Source: an uncultured Candidatus Saccharibacteria bacterium
GTDB taxonomy: Bacteria > Patescibacteriota > Saccharimonadia > Saccharimonadales > JAUPVS01
Assembly: GCA_964410185.1 (NCBI GenBank)
Contig: CAYPFM010000003.1
Location: 150,119 to 214,118 of the forward strand
Direction of reading: 5' to 3'
DNA length: 64,000 nt
Shown piece by piece: positions 18,705 to 25,555 of this stretch. A program made the translations under genes and the position numbers. The notes beneath the pieces are model-generated. The model was not told the DNA's origin. It was given only the letters and a program-made list of their open reading frames with translations, and made no database searches. Every line of letters starts with the position of its first letter. Positions within the stretch are counted from its first letter, which is position 1.

Positions 18705-19550
18705 TCAGGTTACCTCAATAATTACTTTAGCAAAGCCCTTTTCTTGAAGCTCTTGCTTTAGAGTATCGGTGGTCGTCTGTAATTGTTTATAGTCTGTTAC
18801 TTTAAGTACAACCGTAAAGCATAGTACATATTCATTACTAGAAATAGCCCATACATATAGGTCTTTTACTAACTTTACATTCTTATTGAGTAATATATGT
18901 TTGGTAATTTCATCCAGATCTACACCATTAGGTACACCTTCCAAAAAAATATTTGTGGCTTGGCGCAAAATCCCAAATGCGGCATAGAGCAGCCCTATCA
19001 CAACACCAATACTAATTGCGGGGTCTATCCATGTGTAACCGGTCAGTAGGATAAGCAAGCCTGCAATCAATGATGCAACTGAAAAAAGGGCGTCAAAGGC
19101 CATATTGGTGTAGGCAGCTTTGACATTTATATCCTCTCTATTTTTTCGGAAAAGAGCCGCCACACTTCCATTAGCGACGATACCTATTGCTGCAACCACA
19201 GCAATTACCCCACCCTCCAACGGTACGGGGTGATGAAAGCGTTGGTAAGCTTCGATTAAGATAAACCCAGCAATCCCAACGAGTATGGAGCTATTAATAA
19301 AAGCAGTCAGAACACTGACACGACCATGCCCAAGCGTGTGGCTTTTATCGGCCGGTTTCTTCGCAACACGATCCCCCAACCAGGAAACAGCCAAAGTGAC
19401 GGAGTCTGTAAGATTATGCGTCGCATCAGCGACAAGAATTAAGCTGCCGGTGGTTAACCCAGCAACAAACTCAAAAATCATGAAGGTTGTGTTGATTGCA
19501 AACCCAAGCTTGAAGCGATTACTTAAACTCAACGCCATACGTCTAAGCAT
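18705..19550 (-). CDS. czcD: cation diffusion facilitator transporter
   Basis: 281 aa; ADATHNLTDSV and HTLGHGR motifs, six TM helices plus a cytoplasmic C-terminal domain. Confidence 0.85.
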   Translation of the reverse strand: MLRRMALSLSNRFKLGFAINTTFMIFEFVAGLTTGSLILVADATHNLTDSVTLAVSWLGDRVAKKPADKSHTLGHGRVSVLTAFINSSILVGIAGFILIEAYQRFHHPVPLEGGVIAVVAAIGIVANGSVAALFRKNREDINVKAAYTNMAFDALFSVASLIAGLLILLTGYTWIDPAISIGVVIGLLYAAFGILRQATNIFLEGVPNGVDLDEITKHILLNKNVKLVKDLYVWAISSNEYVLCFTVVLKVTDYKQLQTTTDTLKQELQEKGFAKVIIEVT

Positions 19551-19697
19551 ATCAAACAGCTCTATAAAAGTAACCGAGGTTCTAGTCTACTTTTTTGATT
19601 TGTGCATGACCATTGACCCAACACCCACGCAAAGGCCTACTATGAATCCAATAATCCACTGTTCCTAGCGTTAAGTGCACATAAGTCTGACGGGGAT

Positions 19698-19794
19698 GAG
19701 GTATGAACGCTGCGCTACCGCCCGCGTCGCTTACTCGAAGCAAGCTTCTGCGTGAGCTCCTTGTCGTCGAACCCCGGCTGCGCCGTATGGGTTC
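19698..19794. repeat. repeat copy B (73-nt core plus GC-rich hairpin module)
   Basis: Core 19698-19770; hairpin GAACCC-CGGCTGCGCCGTAT-GGGTTC at 19769-19794. Confidence 0.6.
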
Positions 19795-19820
19795 ACTCCC
19801 CTTCTTCCCGAAACAAAGAA

Positions 19821-19847
19821 AAAAGACCATACTGTGCATGGTCTTTT
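19821..19847. terminator. bidirectional rho-independent terminator
   Basis: AAAAGACCAT-ACTGTGC-ATGGTCTTTT with an A-run before and a T-run after. Confidence 0.6.
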
Positions 19848-19981
19848 TTCTTTGGCTGGGCGAAAGGTTGATATTCCAAACTTTTGAGGAATTAGATTCA
19901 ATCCCCGATAAGGAAACTGAACTCAAGGAAATTCGCGACCTATTAGATGATAACACCACTCCTCATAAGGAGGAGATGTAA

Positions 19982-20530
19982 ATGCGTAGGCGCGGTAAAT
20001 CTAGTTCAAATGGTGGCATGATGGCCACTATACTCTTCGCAATATCTTGCTATGGCCTCCTAAGTAACCCTGTCTTTGTAGCTAAAGTAGAAGAAATCGC
20101 CAGATATGCCGTGGCAGTTGTTGCTTCGATCATTGTAGCCACATTCACGGTACGATTAGCAAGGAAAATTAACAGTCGAGGAATAAAAGCAGTAGATACC
20201 ATGTCAGGAGTAGAATTTGAACATTATGTGGCCAAACTCTTAGCAAAACAGGGCTACAGCCATATTTCATTCACCGAGCGATATGACTACGGTATAGATA
20301 TTGTCGCTGACAAGGATGGTATCAAGTGGGGTATCCAAGTAAAGCGCCATAAAGGTCCAGTAAAAGCCCTTGCTGTACGCCAAGCCGTTACTGCCTTGAA
20401 GAAGTACTGCTGCGACAGAGCCATGGTGGTGTCTAATAGCCAGTTTAGCCGAGTTGCTGTGGAGCTTGCCAGAACCAATGACTGCACTTTAATAGATAGG
20501 AATAAGTTAGTGAGTTGGATAACGGCTTAA
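19982..20530 (+). CDS. membrane-anchored restriction-endonuclease-fold (Mrr_cat-like) protein
   Basis: Two N-terminal TM helices, then GVEFEHYVAKLLAKQGY...DYGIDIVADKDGIKWGIQVKRH (D...QxK core). Confidence 0.7.
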   Translation: MRRRGKSSSNGGMMATILFAISCYGLLSNPVFVAKVEEIARYAVAVVASIIVATFTVRLARKINSRGIKAVDTMSGVEFEHYVAKLLAKQGYSHISFTERYDYGIDIVADKDGIKWGIQVKRHKGPVKALAVRQAVTALKKYCCDRAMVVSNSQFSRVAVELARTNDCTLIDRNKLVSWITA

Positions 20531-20739
20531 AATGGGAAGATGTCTGAGGACTTCACCCCAAGAGCTTTGATTATCTTTTCAAGTATTTCTACTGATGGAT
20601 TAATCTCGCTACGTTCAATCTTTGCATAGTAATTGGAGTTAATGCCTGCTTTTTCGGCTAAGCCAGCCTGACTCAAACCTTTTTGGAGTCGAACTTGCTT
20701 CAATTTCTGAGCAATTTTCTTGCTTGTCTTATCTGTCAT
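20527..20739 (-). CDS. XRE-family HTH transcriptional regulator
   Basis: 70 aa; GLSQAGLAEKAGINSNYYAKIERSE. Confidence 0.8.
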   Translation of the reverse strand: MTDKTSKKIAQKLKQVRLQKGLSQAGLAEKAGINSNYYAKIERSEINPSVEILEKIIKALGVKSSDIFPF

Positions 20740-20780
20740 TTCAGCTCTACAGTACTGTATTACAGAATGGGAGTAAAGGC

Positions 20781-20978
20781 TTATTCACCTTTGAGAACAT
20801 CTAACAGGCGATGCAGCCATTCTTCTGCGCCGATCTCCTGAATTAGTTTGGCGTTAGCCTTTACCCAGTCTTCTTCGGCTATGAGTGGTTCGTGATCTTC
20901 GCTCAGGTTCTTTGCAATTACAATAGCATAGTAGGGGTTGGCGAGCATCTTCTTCAGGTTGTTCTCATCATTGGTCAT
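20781..20978 (-). CDS. small acidic hypothetical protein downstream of the RT
   Basis: 65 aa ORF 44 nt after the RT stop, same strand; no family recognised. Confidence 0.4.
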   Translation of the reverse strand: MTNDENNLKKMLANPYYAIVIAKNLSEDHEPLIAEEDWVKANAKLIQEIGAEEWLHRLLDVLKGE

Positions 20979-21021
20979 CTATGCAAGATTATACCACGCA
21001 CAAAGATGTCCTCTCGATGCA

Positions 21022-22335
21022 TCACAGCTTACTCTTGGCAGTTCTGCGTATTTTATTAAGTTGGCGGCCAACTCTAGCAGAATTCGTTTTCTTGTACGCG
21101 CCCCGCAGGTAGTCTGCTTTTCGGTTCCCACGTAGATGTTTGCTTAGGGTTGATGATCGGAAGCCAATTTTCTCACCATTGAAATGAAAGCCCAAGTATT
21201 GAGTTTCTTCTCGTTTGTTATTGCCAGCCGGTTCTAGCTCTTGCGTGACATTCTTCAGTAGCTTAGAATCCGGCTCCATTCTAAACGCCTCTGTCTTGTG
21301 TAAGCCTAATACAAGTTTATCATTGCTCAGCGCTTGCTTAAGTTGATCATAGATTTCAATCGCCTTTCCGAGCGGGCAGATTATAAATATATCGTCGCTG
21401 TAGCGCTGGTATACACCCCCGTACTTTTCAACTACGACATCTCTCATAGTTTGGTCAAAATCTAGAAGGTACAAGTTAGCAAGCACGCCGCTAATAGGGC
21501 TGCCTTGAGGAATTCCTTTGCCGCTTCGGTTCGTCCTGACTGACTGTTTTAGATAGTGGTTGTAATCACTCTGCCTACACAGCTTCAGGCAACCTTGTTC
21601 TTTGATCAGATATGACCGTCTTTTCGTACGCAGGGTCTGGATTGCTTCACTAAAAATTATGTAGCGATACTTCGTTATTCGGTTATAAATTATTTCATGA
21701 TCCTGGCTGGCTGCAAAGCCTCCGCGGATTAGATCAGACCATCTTTTCTTAAGCAGAATGTGGTCAATTGTATCAAAAAAGCTTTTTACATCCACCATCA
21801 TGCAATCATATTCATCACGAGACTGCATTTCGGTGAATGCTTCTTTGGCAAAGTCTACATTGTTTTTACCAGAAATTGAACGGTAAGCAATGACATTGTT
21901 GCCAAGGTTACTTTCTGCCAATCGATTCTCGTAAAGCAGCTGCAATGTATAGGAATAGTACGAAAAGATACAGGCATCGCGATGTGATGCGTACATGATA
22001 GGCCGGGATTTAATGTGGCTAAATTTCTTCTGATCACGTTCTCCGCGAAGCGACGAGTAGCTGTAGTCGTATGGTGGCTGCCTGAATTTTCGTTGACGTT
22101 GGTCTTTACGAATGAATGGCAAAAAACCGTGTTGAGCAAGTTTAGACTCCTGTTCAACTACCTCCTTTAACCAGGCTGCTTGTTCGGCGGGACGACCAAG
22201 TTTTGGAAAGTGAAGTTTACCGTCTAGATGAGGATAGCCACGTTCTCCAATAAAGTTCTTTTTGAAGGCTCTTTGGCCTTTTGTTTTGCTTTCTTGGGCT
22301 TCTAGCCATTCTTCGTAAAGGGGTTTTTGGTTCAT
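21022..22335 (-). CDS. reverse transcriptase (stand-alone; Abi/UG-like rather than retron or group II by motifs)
   Basis: RT motifs RPIMYASHRDACIF (1), AYRSISGKN (2), VDVKSFFDTIDH (3), GIPQGSPISGVLANLYL (4), YQRYSDDIFII (5, YSDD), YLGFHF (7). Confidence 0.9.
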   Translation of the reverse strand: MNQKPLYEEWLEAQESKTKGQRAFKKNFIGERGYPHLDGKLHFPKLGRPAEQAAWLKEVVEQESKLAQHGFLPFIRKDQRQRKFRQPPYDYSYSSLRGERDQKKFSHIKSRPIMYASHRDACIFSYYSYTLQLLYENRLAESNLGNNVIAYRSISGKNNVDFAKEAFTEMQSRDEYDCMMVDVKSFFDTIDHILLKKRWSDLIRGGFAASQDHEIIYNRITKYRYIIFSEAIQTLRTKRRSYLIKEQGCLKLCRQSDYNHYLKQSVRTNRSGKGIPQGSPISGVLANLYLLDFDQTMRDVVVEKYGGVYQRYSDDIFIICPLGKAIEIYDQLKQALSNDKLVLGLHKTEAFRMEPDSKLLKNVTQELEPAGNNKREETQYLGFHFNGEKIGFRSSTLSKHLRGNRKADYLRGAYKKTNSARVGRQLNKIRRTAKSKL

Positions 22336-22736
22336 AGTAAATCCTGAAACTTGGCTCCCCGGTGCGGCGTAGCACTGTTACCCTAGGGTGAGGAGCCAAG
22401 GCAGTCGGCAGAGCGTTTGCGAAACGAGTACAGACTAGAACGGGGATAATGAGAGGTACTTTTCTCGAGTAGTTACGCCAAAGTCAATTCATTTGCGAAG
22501 AACTACAATGGTATCATGGCTATTGCTATCACAACACTATTTGTAACTCAGCAAGCGAGTAAGGGTATGCTACTATTGAAATTCAAGAGTAGTTTGGCCT
22601 TACGGCTAACCGCCTCCGTCAGCATTATCTGCCAGCTCGGGCTTGACCTCTGTCCTGTCTCACCTGCCGATGGTGCAGATCCCGTTCTCGTCCACACTAT
22701 TGTTGGCCACGGCAGTGGGTTGTTACCCTAAACAGT
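22336..22736 (-). ncRNA. structured ~400-nt leader/ncRNA of the RT gene
   Basis: No sense ORF of 60 aa or more; starts about 7 nt after an extended -10; multiple hairpins including a 9-bp stem at 22350-22400. Confidence 0.5.
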
Positions 22737-22742
22737 GGCTAT

Positions 22743-22751
22743 ATTATACCA
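22743..22751 (-). promoter_or_regulatory. extended -10 promoter (TGGTATAAT) for the RT leader
   Basis: Minus strand AAATTTGGTATAATAT. Confidence 0.5.
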
Positions 22752-22825
22752 AATTTGTATATATTACGCTACTGCTTTGCGACAAAATAGCACTAATGTC
22801 AAAGCGTTTATGCTATAAAAAGTAT

Positions 22826-22854
22826 TTGCATTATTAGCAAATGTCGTGTTATAA
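22826..22854 (+). promoter_or_regulatory. promoter of the T4SS operon
   Basis: TTGCAT-N17-TTATAA, then AAGGAG RBS and ATG 22876. Confidence 0.45.
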
Positions 22855-22875
22855 AGGTGGCCATAAGGAGTTGGT

Positions 22876-23217
22876 ATGAAAAATCGCAACAAACTTACAC
22901 TGCTAGTCACTTACGTGTCTATCGGGTTGCCATTCATCCTCACCCAACCAGTCTTTGCCGCTACGGGGGATGTAGGGAGTGTTGAAAGCTTTCTTCGAAG
23001 TATTATTCAGGTAGTCGCAGGACTAGCCGGTCTCATAGCGACCGGCTTTTTTGTAATCGGTGGCTTTAGTTATATCACCAGCTCAGGTAACCCAGAGCAT
23101 CTGGATAAGGCCAAGCGTACGCTGATGTATTCAGCGATAGGATTGGCTATCACGATCGGAGCGTTCGTCCTCAGTAATATTGTGGGCGATCTCGCCCACC
23201 GGGCGTTCGGAGGATAA
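22876..23217 (+). CDS. VirB2/TrbC-like T4SS pilin
   Basis: Signal peptide ending VFAATG; two TM helices flanking GGFSYITSSGNPEHLDKAKR. Confidence 0.6.
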   Translation: MKNRNKLTLLVTYVSIGLPFILTQPVFAATGDVGSVESFLRSIIQVVAGLAGLIATGFFVIGGFSYITSSGNPEHLDKAKRTLMYSAIGLAITIGAFVLSNIVGDLAHRAFGG

Positions 23218-23221
23218 CCGA

Positions 23222-24466
23222 ATGCTTGGACGATCAGCCATCATCCTTAACAGAATGGCTGACGCGTCCGCGGCCAGCCAGTCTATTAAGAGTTATCTGG
23301 CACCAGTTCTTTTAACTCTGGGTGGACTAGCTGTTATTGTTTGTACCTTCTTCCTCGTGGTTGGCGGTATCGGCTACATGACCAGTGCTGGTAAGCCAGA
23401 TAAGTTAGAGCATGCCAAGAAAGTGATTCGCAATGCCCTCATAGGGTTAGTGATCGTGATTGCCGCCGGTACTCTGACGTCAATACTGGTTCACGCCTAT
23501 GCTGGCTCCACCGGTACGGCGGTACAGCAGTTGCCGGATCTTGGTTCAGTCAATCCGGCTAGTAACTCACCAGGTCTTATTGACGTGCTCATCAAAGCAA
23601 TCACAGGTTTGTTCCAGTACATTGTGGAATCAGCAGCCAAACCGTTTATTGCTGGCCTAGATTTCTTTACGAAAGGTACACCACTAATGGCCGCCAACGC
23701 AGCCGTCTTTAACTTGTGGCTTGCCACTGTGGCCATTGCTGACGCCCTGTTTGTACTAGTCGTGGCACTACTCGGTTTCCATATTATGAGCTTTGCTGCA
23801 TTAGGGTTAGACGAAATTGAGTTTAAGCATCTATTGCCACAATTAGCAGCTGCTTTCTTACTAATTAACACCTCGATCTTCTGGATAGATATGGTGATTG
23901 GATTATCTAATGCCCTGATTGATGCTATCAACGCGGCGTTTCCGGGTGATTCTGTCTGGAAGGCTCTGTCTGGTGTAGTCGAGCATTCCACTGGTCTTGG
24001 GCTCGTGGCACTACTGGTCATGGTGGCTTTCATGATTCTGGCGGTAATTCTGATGATCTACTATATTACCCGTATCGTAACCCTCTATCTTGGTGCGGTG
24101 CTCGCCCCATTAGTGGTGCTGCTGTGGTTACTTCCAGGCTTTAAAGATTTTGCTGTGACCGCTATTAAAACCTACGTCGTTACTATTTTTGTATTGTTCG
24201 TGCACGTAATTATTCTATTGTTGGCAGCGTCATTACTTGCCAGTGTAGTGGCGACAGGGGGTAGTACACTAAACTCCTTTATGGCCATGTTGGTCGGTTG
24301 CGCAACGCTGATTGCGCTCTTAAAAACCCAGGGTCTCATGAATCAACTCGCCTACGTCAGTATGGGGCCAAAAGCACTCCGAAAACTTGGCTCTCAGTTT
24401 ATGACGGGCGTAAGTTACATGACCACTAAGGGTAAAGCAGTTGCCAAGGCAGGAGCTGCAGAATGA
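23222..24466 (+). CDS. VirB6/TrbL-like polytopic T4SS protein with an N-terminal pilin-like module
   Basis: Start moved to MLGRSA (GGAGGA RBS). The N-terminal GGIGYMTSAGKPDKLEHAKK is paralogous to the preceding pilin; at least 6 further TM helices. Confidence 0.6.
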   Translation: MLGRSAIILNRMADASAASQSIKSYLAPVLLTLGGLAVIVCTFFLVVGGIGYMTSAGKPDKLEHAKKVIRNALIGLVIVIAAGTLTSILVHAYAGSTGTAVQQLPDLGSVNPASNSPGLIDVLIKAITGLFQYIVESAAKPFIAGLDFFTKGTPLMAANAAVFNLWLATVAIADALFVLVVALLGFHIMSFAALGLDEIEFKHLLPQLAAAFLLINTSIFWIDMVIGLSNALIDAINAAFPGDSVWKALSGVVEHSTGLGLVALLVMVAFMILAVILMIYYITRIVTLYLGAVLAPLVVLLWLLPGFKDFAVTAIKTYVVTIFVLFVHVIILLLAASLLASVVATGGSTLNSFMAMLVGCATLIALLKTQGLMNQLAYVSMGPKALRKLGSQFMTGVSYMTTKGKAVAKAGAAE

Positions 24467-24981
24467 AATCAACGACCGTACCCGCTCAAGTTACCACCGT
24501 TGAGGATAAAATTGCTGGTAACTTAAACCTCGCGCAGTTGTTGCTACTGGCTGCATCTGTGTTCGGTGGTTTTGCCTTGTATATCGTCGTACCGCCAATG
24601 ATGCACTTCTCGCTCATAAAGGTGATGCTGTGTCTGGTAATCATGCTGGTCTTTGCCTCATTAGCAATTCGGGTGCGGGGTCGAATCTTAGCGCTTTGGG
24701 TTGGCACGATTCTCCGTTATAACTTGCGACCACGCTACTACCTGTACGACAAGAACGATACCTACTTACGGGTGAGTGAGCAAGAAGCACCCAAGGAAGT
24801 AGCCGAAACCAATACAATCGAGGTTACAGATACGGATAAGCATTCAGCCTTAGATATTCCGATGAACAAACGTATCCAACTTGAAACAGTCATGGCTGAT
24901 CCAACTGCTCAGCTCGCCTTTGAAACCAATAAGAAAGGAGGTCTCCATGTTCGTATTACAGAAGTCAAACAAGAAAGTTAG
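24463..24981 (+). CDS. PrgI/VirB3-like small T4SS membrane protein
   Basis: VPAQVTTVEDKIAGNLNLAQLLLL N-terminus and two TM helices; ATGA overlap with the upstream gene. Confidence 0.45.
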   Translation: MKSTTVPAQVTTVEDKIAGNLNLAQLLLLAASVFGGFALYIVVPPMMHFSLIKVMLCLVIMLVFASLAIRVRGRILALWVGTILRYNLRPRYYLYDKNDTYLRVSEQEAPKEVAETNTIEVTDTDKHSALDIPMNKRIQLETVMADPTAQLAFETNKKGGLHVRITEVKQES

Positions 24982-25555
24982 CACCAGAAGACAAATTAAT
25001 ATTAAAGGTGTCCGTGACAATGTCCTATTGCTACCTAACCACCAGTACCGTTTAGTGTTAGATATTTCCTCGGTGAACTTTGAGCTCAAGAGTGAAGCTG
25101 AACAAGACGCATTGATTGATACCTATCAAAGTTTCTTAAATTCTCTCGGCTGTGATGTACAGATCATGGTACGTATTCGTGAGCTGGATATGGATAAATA
25201 CATTGCTGAGTTCACGTCCCGCATGAGAAATGAGGAAGAAACCATTTACAAAGAGCAACTCAAAAACTACACCTCTTTCGTCCGCGGCTTAATCCAGACA
25301 AACAAGATCTTAGCACGTCAGTTCTATATTGTGATTCCCACTTCTGGGAAGGATGAGTTTGACTTGATAAAAGAGCAGCTTCACCTGAATGCCGACATTA
25401 TCGCTAAAGGTTTGGCTCGCATGGGTATGCATAGTCGCCAACTAACCAGCCTCGAGCTTCTTGACCTGTTCTACAGCTTCTATAACCCCGGACAAGCTAA
25501 GCGCCAACCAATTACGAATCAAACCCTTGAGCTACTTAACAGGAGTTACCTATGA
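24947..25555 (+). CDS. VirB4-family ATPase, N-terminal domain encoded as a separate ORF
   Basis: Start moved to MFVLQKS (AAAGGAGG RBS). INIKGVRDNVLLLPNHQYRLVLDISSVNFELKSEAEQDALI is typical of Gram-positive VirB4/TraE N-termini. Confidence 0.6.
   Translation: MFVLQKSNKKVSTRRQINIKGVRDNVLLLPNHQYRLVLDISSVNFELKSEAEQDALIDTYQSFLNSLGCDVQIMVRIRELDMDKYIAEFTSRMRNEEETIYKEQLKNYTSFVRGLIQTNKILARQFYIVIPTSGKDEFDLIKEQLHLNADIIAKGLARMGMHSRQLTSLELLDLFYSFYNPGQAKRQPITNQTLELLNRSYL

Noticed and set aside
18705-19794. czcD (NiCo) riboswitch upstream of the CDF transporter
   Set aside because: The location is right, but I cannot match the element to the four-helix consensus from memory. The second copy of the element is not upstream of a metal-related gene. 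It is left as an open test (Rfam covariance search) and not called.
19760-19800. tRNA- or tmRNA-like fragment suggested by GGGGTTCGACGAC on the minus strand
   Set aside because: No acceptor-stem or T-stem pairing can be drawn around the GGTTCGA, and the spacing from the GGGG to TTCGAC is about 30 nt, against about 10 nt in tmRNA 5' ends. It is part of the GAACCC...GGGTTC hairpin of repeat copy B.
19582-19981. ORFs 19582-19959 (-) and 19703-19981 (+) in the czcD upstream gap
   Set aside because: Both run straight through the strong terminator hairpin at 19821-19847 and through the repeat element. Their composition (Arg/Ser-rich) and lack of an RBS argue that they are not genes. The region is better explained as non-coding.
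22376-22730. DRT2-style rolling-circle template that would create a stop-free (nearly endless) ORF from the 345-nt unit between the two UAGGGUAACA copies (345 = 115 x 3)
   Set aside because: I translated the unit in all six frames and each contains stops. On the plus strand these are TAG 22384, TGA 22389 and TAG 22436. On the minus strand they are the motif's own TAG plus a TGA about 68 codons in, CAA-CAA-TAG, and GGG-TAA. The simplest neo-like model is therefore not supported. Other template boundaries cannot be excluded without cDNA data.
22516-22731. 71-aa plus-strand ORF inside the RT leader region
   Set aside because: It is antisense to the predicted leader, has no Shine-Dalgarno before ATG 22516, and its hydrophobic low-complexity product has no recognisable family. 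It was kept as part of the ncRNA region.
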